NCBI GenBank assembly: GCA_964291405.2
Contig: OZ219926.1
Location: 4,192,001 to 4,256,000 of the forward strand
Direction of reading: 5' to 3'
Source of the DNA: Thermodesulfobacteriota bacterium
Lineage (GTDB): Bacteria; Desulfobacterota; Binatia; Bin18
Length of the DNA stretch: 64,000 nt
Shown here: positions 8,958-17,620 of the stretch, piece by piece
How the letters are laid out: each line of letters starts with the position of its first letter
How positions within the stretch are numbered: the first letter of the stretch is position 1
Made by a program: the position numbers and the translations under genes
Notes under the pieces: model-generated
Database searches by the model: none
What the model saw: only the letters and a program-made list of their open reading frames with translations
What the model was told of the DNA's origin: nothing

Positions 8958-10847
8958 TCAGGCCGCGACTTTCTTCACCCCGTTTGTCTCCCAGCCCGGC
9001 GGTAAGCTGGGAGCGGTAGGCGGCTCCAGTCCGGTCTCCTCTTTACAGCGCGCCAGGAGTTCTTGGAGGGGCGGGCCAAAATCGAACGTCTGTAGCTCGC
9101 CCCGGCTCTCTCTCATGCGCTGACGCAGGGCCTGGGTGGCCGCCTCGTCGACTTCAGACGTGGACGGGTCGAACACCACGCCGTAATCGGACGCGGCCTT
9201 TTCTACGGACACTAACTCGCGCACGACATCAACTCGGACTTTTTCAATGTCGCGCTCTAGCGGGTCTCCCCAGCCGCCGCCACCCGCGGTCTGGAAGATG
9301 AGCTGGTCGCCTGGTTCGACTTTGATCTGGTCACATTTTGAGGGAAGAACAGTTCGGGTTCCATCGGTGTGGACCAGGATTTTTGTTGAGCGCATTCCCG
9401 GTTTGCCCCCGAGAATTCCCCAGGGAGGAGTCAGCCAGCGGTCGTCGTGAATGGCGATCTCGCCGGGTTCGAGAAAGGTGTACCATTTATCGATGCCGTT
9501 CCCGCCCCGATGCAAACCGGCTCCACCGGAGTCGATGACCGACGAATAGCGGTCCACGCGCAGGGGACAATAGCTTTCGAGGTATTCGGTCGGAATATTG
9601 GTGAAGAGCGGCCACCAGGAATGGCCATCCATGCCGTCGCCAATCGGTCGGCCCGGAATGCCGCCATAGCCGATTTCCATGATAAAGAAGAAGTTGCTGT
9701 CCTTATCGTTGCCGCTGTACAGCAGGTGGGGGCTGGTGCCGTAGCCGGCCGCGGTCGTCAGCTCCGGGCTCTTCTGGCCGAGACAGCCGCCCATGACATC
9801 AAACAGGCGGGCCAGGGCATGGGTGCGACAGCCCAGCGGAGCGGGGAATTTCGGGTGGAGGAGGGAGCCGTCCGGCATGCGGGCGTCGATCAGATCGTAG
9901 AAACCGTCGTTAAACAGAATCTGGGGATCGTAGACCATGATGAGGTAGACGCCGATGAACATCTTGAACATGCCCGGATTGAGATAAAAATTGATCGGTC
10001 CAACGGCCTGCGGGTCGGTGCCGGTCCAGTCGAAGACCGCCCGGTCACCCTCACGCCAGATGGTGAGTTTCATTTTGAACGGGCCGTTGCCGAGCCCGTC
10101 ATCGTCAATATAGTCCTCGAAGGACTGCGGCTCGGTCGGGATATTGCGCTGGATGAGGGTCTGGACGGCTCGGTAGGTCCGGTCCAGCAATGCCTGACAG
10201 GCGGCCAGATAGGTATCCCGCCCAAAGCGCTCGCACAGTTCCTGCACGCGCTGTTCAGCAGTTTTGCAGCCGGCCACAATACCCATGAGATCCGAGCGGT
10301 TCATCATGGGTATACGGACGTTATTCAGAATCAGGTCCAGGACGGCCTGGTTGAGTTCCCCTTTTTCAAACAGTTTAACCGGCGGAATGCGGAGTCCCTC
10401 GCCAAAGATCGAGGTCGCGTTGGTCGGAAACGAGCCGGGCAGCGGACCGCCTACGTCCATTTGATGGCCGAACATGGAGGTCCAGCCAATGAGTTCATCG
10501 CCGTCAAAGACGGGGACCAGCACGAGAAAGTCGTTGATGTGGGAAATGGCCCCTCCGCACAGATAGGGATCGTTGAGCAGAATGACATCGCCGGGATAGA
10601 GCGGCTGGTCAAAACGCTCCATCATCTCCCGGATATAGGAGCCGAACTGCCCGACGACCATGCGGCCGTTGGGGTCGCAGATCATGGGGAATTCGTCGTG
10701 CTGCTCACGGATCACTGGGGACATGGCCGTGCGGAACAGCACTGCATCCATTTCATAGCGGTAGTTCTTGAGCGCACTCTCGATAATGTCGAGGGTGACG
10801 GGATCGACCTCGATATCTGGAATCTCAGCAATTTTCACATCGCGCAT
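8958..10847 (-). CDS. Hydantoinase B/oxoprolinase family subunit
   Basis: RTAMSPVIRE, NDPY..GG..H..D, GHQMDVGG, EGLRIPP, GGGGWGDP. Confidence 0.93.
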   Translation of the reverse strand: MRDVKIAEIPDIEVDPVTLDIIESALKNYRYEMDAVLFRTAMSPVIREQHDEFPMICDPNGRMVVGQFGSYIREMMERFDQPLYPGDVILLNDPYLCGGAISHINDFLVLVPVFDGDELIGWTSMFGHQMDVGGPLPGSFPTNATSIFGEGLRIPPVKLFEKGELNQAVLDLILNNVRIPMMNRSDLMGIVAGCKTAEQRVQELCERFGRDTYLAACQALLDRTYRAVQTLIQRNIPTEPQSFEDYIDDDGLGNGPFKMKLTIWREGDRAVFDWTGTDPQAVGPINFYLNPGMFKMFIGVYLIMVYDPQILFNDGFYDLIDARMPDGSLLHPKFPAPLGCRTHALARLFDVMGGCLGQKSPELTTAAGYGTSPHLLYSGNDKDSNFFFIMEIGYGGIPGRPIGDGMDGHSWWPLFTNIPTEYLESYCPLRVDRYSSVIDSGGAGLHRGGNGIDKWYTFLEPGEIAIHDDRWLTPPWGILGGKPGMRSTKILVHTDGTRTVLPSKCDQIKVEPGDQLIFQTAGGGGWGDPLERDIEKVRVDVVRELVSVEKAASDYGVVFDPSTSEVDEAATQALRQRMRESRGELQTFDFGPPLQELLARCKEETGLEPPTAPSLPPGWETNGVKKVAA

Positions 10848-10860
10848 GATTGGACCCCTC

Positions 10861-12915
10861 TCAGTGTGCAGTGGGCTGAATCAAAATGTTACCATATGTA
10901 TCAATTTCACCGGAAAAGTCCGGTAACACGACCGTCGTTGAGTCCATCTCGGTCACAATCGCCGGACCCGGCAGGCGGTTGCCCGGTGTGAGCTTGGCCC
11001 GATCATAAATCGGAGTGGTCAGAAAGTCGCCGTCAAAATAAATCCGGTGTTCGTCAACCTGGGCGTGAGCCACGGACGGCCCGTCCGTTTCGCCTTCGGG
11101 CCAGTTCAGTGTGGTTCCCGTACCGAGGGCAACCGCGCGAAGATTGACGATCTCACACTCGGCATCCAGACGAAAGCGGTAGAGCTGTTCGTGCAGGGCG
11201 TGAAATTGTTCCGCCAGCGCCGCCGTTCCGTTGGTTTGCAACTCGTCGAGTGTTGTGGTTACCGGCAGTTCATAGCCCTGGCGGAAGTAGCGCATATCGG
11301 CGTTATAGAAAATCTGCTGCTGCTGTCGAGAGATGCCTTCCTGCTCCAGCCAGCCGGTCGCCTCTGCGCTCAACCCTTCGAGTATATCAACGACCTCCGG
11401 CGCGGTGAGCTGGTCCAGGGTGCGGAGGACGGTTCGGGAGAATTCTTCCCGGTAGTCGCAACACACATCGCCCATGGCGCATAAAATGCCCGGTGCGGGC
11501 GGGACGATAACCGGGAAGGAGCCAATCAGCTTGGCCACTGCGTTGGCGTGCAGCGGCCCGGCGCCACCAAATGCGGCCAAGGCGAAATTGCGGGGGTCGT
11601 AGCCACGCTGGACGGAGACCAGACGCAAGGCACCGTGCATATTCTCATTCACAATGTCTAGGATGCCCTGGGCAGTCTGATACACGTCAAGGCCGAGATT
11701 TTTCCCGATGCGCTCGACCGCAGCGTGGGCGGCTTCCGTATCCAGCATCATCTCGCCGCCCAGCAGATTGGGTGGCAGATGGCCAAGGACAACGTTGGCG
11801 TCCGTCACCGTGGGCTCCGTTCCACCCTGGCCGTAGCTGGCCGGACCGGGAGCCGCGCCGGCACTCTGCGGACCGACCCGGAGCGCGCTGGTAATCTCGG
11901 GGACATGGGCAATGGAGCCACCGCCGGCCCCGATACTGCGGACATCGACCGAAGGAACCTTAATCGGGAAATAGCCCAGGGTCGTTTCCCGCGAAATAGT
12001 CTGGCTGCCATCCTGACACAGGGCCACGTCGGTGGACGTGCCGCCCATATCGAGGGTCAACAAATGCGGGAAGCCGGCCTTTTTCGCAATATACAGCGCT
12101 CCCGCCACGCCACCGGCCGGGCCTGACATCACGGCGTAGACCGGCCGTTCCTGGGCCATACGCAAGGTCATCAGCCCGGCGTCAGAGCGGAGAATATTGA
12201 CGTCCGCTTTCAGGCCATGCGCCGTGAGCTGGTCCGCAAAGCTGCGCATATACTGGGAGACTTTCGGCCGCACGTACGAATTCATCACCGCGGTGAGGGC
12301 GCGTTCGTACTCTCGAAATTCAGGCAGCACTTCCGATGATGCGGTAATCGGAGTGTCGGGCAGTATCTCCTGAGCGATCTCTTTGACGCGCTTTTCATGG
12401 CTTTGGTTGGCGTATGAGTTGATGAGAGAAATCGTCAACGCTTCGATTCCTTGGGCGCCCAAATCTTGCAGGTCTGTGCGCAGCGCGCCCTCGTCCAGCG
12501 GGGTAACCACCTGCCCGCGGGTGTCGATGCGTTCGATAGCCTCGCGGGTGTATTCGATGGCTGCGGGCGGGTCCGGCTTCTCCATAATCATCCAGCCGGC
12601 GAGCGGACCCGGCGTCCAGGAACGCGCCAAGTGGAGGATTTGCTTAAACCCCCGGGTCGTAATCAGGCCAACCCTCGCGCCCTTGCCCTCAAGGACGGCG
12701 TTGGTTGCCACGGTCGTCCCGTGCATAATCTGAGCGATATCACCGGGTGAGATGTTGGCCGAGCGGCAGATTTTCTCAATCCCGGCCAGTACGCCAACCG
12801 AGGGATCACTGGGGGTAGACGGGGTTTTGGCACGGACCTGCCGGCCGCTCTCTTCGTCAAAAAGGATGAGGTCGGTAAATGTCCCGCCGACGTCAACACC
12901 AAGTTTGAAGGACAT
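10861..12915 (-). CDS. Hydantoinase A/oxoprolinase family ATP-binding subunit
   Basis: GVDVGGTFTD, HGTTVATN, SGPAGG, DMGGTSTD, GAGGGS, FGGAGPLHA. Confidence 0.94.
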   Translation of the reverse strand: MSFKLGVDVGGTFTDLILFDEESGRQVRAKTPSTPSDPSVGVLAGIEKICRSANISPGDIAQIMHGTTVATNAVLEGKGARVGLITTRGFKQILHLARSWTPGPLAGWMIMEKPDPPAAIEYTREAIERIDTRGQVVTPLDEGALRTDLQDLGAQGIEALTISLINSYANQSHEKRVKEIAQEILPDTPITASSEVLPEFREYERALTAVMNSYVRPKVSQYMRSFADQLTAHGLKADVNILRSDAGLMTLRMAQERPVYAVMSGPAGGVAGALYIAKKAGFPHLLTLDMGGTSTDVALCQDGSQTISRETTLGYFPIKVPSVDVRSIGAGGGSIAHVPEITSALRVGPQSAGAAPGPASYGQGGTEPTVTDANVVLGHLPPNLLGGEMMLDTEAAHAAVERIGKNLGLDVYQTAQGILDIVNENMHGALRLVSVQRGYDPRNFALAAFGGAGPLHANAVAKLIGSFPVIVPPAPGILCAMGDVCCDYREEFSRTVLRTLDQLTAPEVVDILEGLSAEATGWLEQEGISRQQQQIFYNADMRYFRQGYELPVTTTLDELQTNGTAALAEQFHALHEQLYRFRLDAECEIVNLRAVALGTGTTLNWPEGETDGPSVAHAQVDEHRIYFDGDFLTTPIYDRAKLTPGNRLPGPAIVTEMDSTTVVLPDFSGEIDTYGNILIQPTAH

Positions 12916-12976
12916 GAAGAGCCTGCACTTTCTGATTCAAGGGTAACGGCTGGTCGTTTTTTGTGCGCTCTGGCCG

Positions 12977-13309
12977 TCAGGACGAAACCGCACGAACCGC
13001 GGCTTGGTATGATTCCGTGGTCTCGCCCTTGTCGGTCTCCTCCAACTCCTGATGGACGACTCGCAGGATCCGTTCGAGGTATTCCGTACGCCAGCGTTCC
13101 CGTTCAGCCATAACGGCCTCATCCGGGTGATAGGCTTCGATGTCGCGTTGCGTGAACAGGCCCTTGGCCGCCGCTAGACGTTCAACGGTATCAAGGCGCT
13201 CCCGCAGCACAGAGACCTCGCCAGCCAGGGCCATGACGATCCCCATAACCGTATCGATTTGGGGATCGTCAAAGAAAGCTGGGCGTTTGCCTTTTGCCTT
13301 GCGTATCAT
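12977..13309 (-). CDS. Conserved-looking hypothetical coiled-coil protein
   Basis: AKGKRPAFFDDP, ALAGEVSVLRERLDTVERL; operonic between methyltransferase and hydantoinase A. Confidence 0.75.
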   Translation of the reverse strand: MIRKAKGKRPAFFDDPQIDTVMGIVMALAGEVSVLRERLDTVERLAAAKGLFTQRDIEAYHPDEAVMAERERWRTEYLERILRVVHQELEETDKGETTESYQAAVRAVSS

Positions 13310-13321
13310 GAAGGGCTCCTG

Positions 13322-14476
13322 CTACCTGGTCGCGCCAAAGACGAACCACGCCCCGCCGCCGCCAAAATCGCCGCCTTGGAATTTCTTCGTACGGGCTTGG
13401 GCTCGCTCCAGGGCGCTCGGGATCATCGTCTGAATGACATTCTGTGCGCCAAAGCCGGACTCTTCGGCGAGCTTTTGGAGGTCCATGGAATGCACCGTCC
13501 CCCAGAAGGGTTCGTTGTTGTTATAGGTATCCCAGTCGAGAATAAACGCCTCATAGGGCGGCATGCCTTCATACTGCGGTACCTCTTGGTGGAGCACCAT
13601 GCCCCCCGGCTTTAACAAGCGGTGACATTCTTTCATGATATTACGAATGGCCTGACTCGAAGTCTCGTGCAGCAAAATATGAGAAACGATAAGGTCAAAC
13701 GAGCCATCCTCGAAATTGGTCTGCTCCGCATTCTGCTGAGAGAAATGGACGCGTTTGCCCAGGGCCTCGGCACGCGCATGGCCATACCGCAGGACTGGTG
13801 CACCCACGTCAATGGCAAAGACCTCGGCTTCGGGATAGGCATCAACATAGGGCAGGGTGCTGTGCCCGACGGTGCAGCCCATATCCAGGATACGAGCGGG
13901 CCGGAAGTCCGCATGCTGCTCTTTGAGGTGCAGCACCACCGATTGACCCATTTCATCGTTCAGACTGCCTAAGCGGCTCATAGCGTAAATATAGACGGCC
14001 CGGTCATAGGTCGCTCCTGCGGCTACGTCGTCCTGTCCCAACTCGGTGTGGTAGCCGCCTGGCTGACAGTGAATGTCCACCGCTGTGTGGTAGGCCGGAA
14101 TGGCCAGATCTGGATTCAAGGTAAGAGAGCCGAGCGTCTTCCCGTTTATCGTGGCACGCTCCCGTAACTCTGGGAGCTGGCGTTCCACGCTCACATTGAC
14201 CGAATCCCACATCATTTCCTGGCTGGTCCGCAGCAGGGTGCTCCACATCTGGTAATAGGGCTCGTCCTTCATGACGCTGCGGACTTCACGCCGGTCTTGG
14301 GGAGGACGCTGATGTTCACGCACAAAGCGGGGGGCCGCCCTATGCTCGTAAATAGTCTTATTGCCAGGTGAGACTTTGGTGGCCAGATGGACCTTGAGGC
14401 TTTGGACAAAGTTTTGCCGCGCCAACTCATCATGGGTGGCTGTCGGGAGCAGATCGTGCTGCAACTGCGCATTCAT
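13322..14476 (-). CDS. Class I SAM-dependent methyltransferase
   Basis: ILDMGCTVG, AIDV, FDLIVSHILLHE, RLLKPGG; SD GGAGGAG before ATG 14476. Confidence 0.88.
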   Translation of the reverse strand: MNAQLQHDLLPTATHDELARQNFVQSLKVHLATKVSPGNKTIYEHRAAPRFVREHQRPPQDRREVRSVMKDEPYYQMWSTLLRTSQEMMWDSVNVSVERQLPELRERATINGKTLGSLTLNPDLAIPAYHTAVDIHCQPGGYHTELGQDDVAAGATYDRAVYIYAMSRLGSLNDEMGQSVVLHLKEQHADFRPARILDMGCTVGHSTLPYVDAYPEAEVFAIDVGAPVLRYGHARAEALGKRVHFSQQNAEQTNFEDGSFDLIVSHILLHETSSQAIRNIMKECHRLLKPGGMVLHQEVPQYEGMPPYEAFILDWDTYNNNEPFWGTVHSMDLQKLAEESGFGAQNVIQTMIPSALERAQARTKKFQGGDFGGGGAWFVFGATR

Positions 14477-14514
14477 AATGACTCCTCCATTTAATGTGTA
14501 CTCTCTCCATAGCG

Positions 14515-15537
14515 TCATTCGGCAAAGGCGGCAATCATTGCGGCGTTATTGTGACGAACCTCTTCCGGGTCGGCAGCAAAGGAGGGGCTGAGCAAGAGCA
14601 GCGTGTCAAACAAACCCTCAAAGGCGGCCAACTGTTGCCGGACATCGTCCGGTGTCCCTGCCAAGACCAGCGCATCAATCATCTCGTCGCTCACGGCCGC
14701 AAGCATGGCTGCAACGTCATTCCGTCTCATCGCGTCTCGGATGGCGAGCTTGGCCTGCGTAAAGCCTGGGGGGTCAAGGATCACGTCGAAATAGGGCAGG
14801 GTCGCGTAAAAGGCGACGGCATGTCTGGCCAAATCGCGGGCCCGCTGACGGTTGGTATGCACCGCGCAGCATTTCACGGCACAAATCTCGAAGCCGTCTC
14901 TGTCCCGTCCGCTGCGGCTGAAGCCTTTTTTCAGATTTGGATGGACGACATCCGTGAAATATTGAGGCGTATTGAGCACGTTGAGGATAATGCCGTCGGC
15001 CAGTGCCCCGGCGAGCTGAATCATATTTGGCAGAACCGCGGCCAGATAAATGGGAATGCTGGGATAGGCCGGCTCGGTGAGCCGTTGATAGTTGCGCACC
15101 TGATAGAATTCACCGCTATACTCGACCGCCTGCGCTGGTGAGCCTTGCCACATGGTGCGAATACACTCAACATACTCCCGCATGCGGGCAACGGGTTTGC
15201 GGTATTCCAGGCCGTGCCACTGTTCGTTCCAGTCCTTCGGCGCAGTCCCAAGTCCCAGAATGAAACGCCCGTGAGTGTATTCGGCGAGTGACATTGCGCC
15301 TAACTCGGTCAACATCGGCGGACGAGCAAAATGGGCGACCGCCGTCCCGAGGCGGACGGTCCGAACCGCACTGGCTATGGCGGTCAGTGGCACAAAGGCA
15401 TCCCGCCACAGCTCGGCGGCCCAAATGCTCTCCGCTCCGGCGTCTTCCGCTTGTGTGGCAAAGCGGACGATATGATCGAGGCTCAGCTTATCTCCATTAA
15501 AGAGAACGCCCCACTTTAACGACTGGACTTGCACCAT
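14515..15537 (-). CDS. LLM class flavin/F420-dependent oxidoreductase
   Basis: AEDAGAESIWAAE, GRFILGLG, PIYLAA, ADG, GTPDDV. Confidence 0.9.
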   Translation of the reverse strand: MVQVQSLKWGVLFNGDKLSLDHIVRFATQAEDAGAESIWAAELWRDAFVPLTAIASAVRTVRLGTAVAHFARPPMLTELGAMSLAEYTHGRFILGLGTAPKDWNEQWHGLEYRKPVARMREYVECIRTMWQGSPAQAVEYSGEFYQVRNYQRLTEPAYPSIPIYLAAVLPNMIQLAGALADGIILNVLNTPQYFTDVVHPNLKKGFSRSGRDRDGFEICAVKCCAVHTNRQRARDLARHAVAFYATLPYFDVILDPPGFTQAKLAIRDAMRRNDVAAMLAAVSDEMIDALVLAGTPDDVRQQLAAFEGLFDTLLLLSPSFAADPEEVRHNNAAMIAAFAE

Positions 15538-15736
15538 GTAAAAGATCTCCTCGTCCTTCTGGTTTTAGGCTTCCGCCCGCGACACCTTCTCCATCCGTGA
15601 GAGGTAAGGATAATAATATAACATAGTTTGATATTTGTGGCCAAAAAAATGTGGAGTAATTTTTCCGAGTATGCTATAGGAGGCCGTTACTTTTGTAGAG
15701 GATACAAGGATCCGAGAGGTCCTGTTCGGAAAAGCC

Positions 15737-16153
15737 TTGAGAATTCTTTTGACGATTCTGGTCAGCTGCGCCCTGACCGGATGCGTGAGTCGTCCGACAA
15801 AACCTCTGGTTTTGACCGAACAGGTGGGGGCGCTTCCCATCGAATTCACGACGACAAATTGTAAGATTCCTATTCTTGATTCTCCTCCCGCGTTAGCCCA
15901 TGAAGTGATCGCCCGCGTGAAAACGTACGGCAATCAAGGTACGGGCATGGAAGCCATGCAGACGGCCCTGCACCGTGAGGCGTGTGCGATAGGGGCGGAG
16001 GCCATTGTCCTGCAACGGATGAAAGCCGGAGAATTCCAGGACGAAATAACGGTAGCCCATGTCGGGGCGAGTACCGCCCGAGACTACCGAAGCCGGTCAG
16101 ACTACGAATTTCAATTGGTTGGTTTGGCCATTCGATATACACAAAAAAACTGA
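15737..16153 (+). CDS. Hypothetical lipoprotein
   Basis: Lipobox LTGC; REACAIGAEAIV...GLAIRY resembles small heavy-metal-binding/YbjQ-like folds. Confidence 0.65.
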   Translation: MRILLTILVSCALTGCVSRPTKPLVLTEQVGALPIEFTTTNCKIPILDSPPALAHEVIARVKTYGNQGTGMEAMQTALHREACAIGAEAIVLQRMKAGEFQDEITVAHVGASTARDYRSRSDYEFQLVGLAIRYTQKN

Positions 16154-16286
16154 ACTGTTATGCTGGCGAAGTAGCCCTTGAGGGGTCACTTGACAGTTCT
16201 GTCCGTACTTCATAGATAAGGGAGCTTAGCCTCGGAGTCTTACGAGCGACAACACTGTCCCCCGCATCAGTTAAGGAGAGAATATC

Positions 16287-17522
16287 TTGAAAAGACAAAT
16301 ACGTTTGGTGTGGCGTCACACGGCTTGGAGCGTTCTGGTCGCCGCCCTCTTTACGCTGTCAGCCTGTATTGAAGCAGCCGACGAAGAGGTGCTGCGTGAA
16401 CTCAACGAAATGGGAGCGTCCAGAGGAAATGTGTTCCCTGACCGCGAAGACTACTATGACGCCTTTGTCCTTGACGCGAACAATGCGTGGGTCTCTGGCG
16501 GACGGGGGCTTATCCTGCATGTGACCAATAACGGGCAGGATTTTACCATGCTGGAGACCGGGGTCCAAAAGGCAATCTATGAGGTTGATTTTGCGACCGC
16601 CGAGGACGGGGTGGCCGTTGGGCAGGATGGCATAGTCCTCAAGACTGACGACGGCGGACAGACCTGGACTCGCATTCCTATCGAATTACCGCTGCTGGAC
16701 TGGCAGGTAGCCCAGCCCCACTATTTTGCGGTCAGCCGTGGTGCGGACGCCCAACATATATGGGCCGTCGGTCCGGTGGGCGCCATTATCCGTTCACAAG
16801 ACGGTGGAGAGACCTGGGAGAATCTCTCGCTGTGGTGCGATATGAGCTTCGATAATTTTGCAACGTCGGACCCCGCGGATGATCCCGAATCAACCCTGCG
16901 GCTGAATCCGTGCGATGTGACGCTGAACGGGGTGTCCTTCCCCACGAATACGGACGGGTGGGTCGCGGGCGAATTTGGGGTTATTTTGCGCACCCAGGAT
17001 GGTGGCGTCACCTGGCAGCGGCAACGCGATGTGCACAACCTGCCGAAATATACTCGCCCGGAACTCCCTGAAGAGGAAGCGATCCGACAGCGTATTCCCC
17101 CTCTCTATATTGAAGACCTTTTCCTGATTGATGTGGATTTTCGTAGCGCCCAGGAGGGGTATGTCACCGGGGAGAGTGGCACGTTATTACAAACGACAGA
17201 TGCGGGGGAAACGTGGACAAACATTCCCAGTGGGAGCTTTAATACGCTCCTGTCCGTCACCGCCGCTCCGGATAACAACCGCGGTGACTTTGCCACGGGC
17301 GTGCTCGGCACGCTTGCCTCAGCCACAAGTGACGCATGGCAGCTTGACGAGAATGTCCGCCAGGATGTGCTGACGTGGATCCGCACGGCGTCTTTTGCTC
17401 CTGATGGGCAGTTTGGCGTTGCGTGCGGAGGGAAGGGCACGGTCCTGGTCACTACCGATAGTGGCAAGAGCTGGACTACCGCGGACAAGGCAAAGCTGTA
17501 TGCCGCGAACCCGTCTCTCTAA
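16287..17522 (+). CDS. Ycf48/Hcf136-like BNR/Asp-box beta-propeller lipoprotein
   Basis: Lipobox LSAC; repeated T/S.DGG.TW Asp-boxes and G.AVG..G.IL units; SD AAGGAG. Confidence 0.85.
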   Translation: MKRQIRLVWRHTAWSVLVAALFTLSACIEAADEEVLRELNEMGASRGNVFPDREDYYDAFVLDANNAWVSGGRGLILHVTNNGQDFTMLETGVQKAIYEVDFATAEDGVAVGQDGIVLKTDDGGQTWTRIPIELPLLDWQVAQPHYFAVSRGADAQHIWAVGPVGAIIRSQDGGETWENLSLWCDMSFDNFATSDPADDPESTLRLNPCDVTLNGVSFPTNTDGWVAGEFGVILRTQDGGVTWQRQRDVHNLPKYTRPELPEEEAIRQRIPPLYIEDLFLIDVDFRSAQEGYVTGESGTLLQTTDAGETWTNIPSGSFNTLLSVTAAPDNNRGDFATGVLGTLASATSDAWQLDENVRQDVLTWIRTASFAPDGQFGVACGGKGTVLVTTDSGKSWTTADKAKLYAANPSL

Positions 17523-17620
17523 CGCATTCGCTCAACGGCGCTGTCATGACTGACATATCTCTAAACAGAACATATTACCTACACACTACTACGCTCCTGC
17601 TCGCGTAAGGAGGAATTAAG

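Noticed and set aside
9447-10991. 514-aa plus-strand ORF
   Set aside because: Antisense shadow of hydantoinase B; no motifs; expected from high-GC codon bias
17542-17555. TGTCA-TGAC-TGACA before the RND gene as a Crp regulon site
   Set aside because: Spacer is N4, not N6; single occurrence
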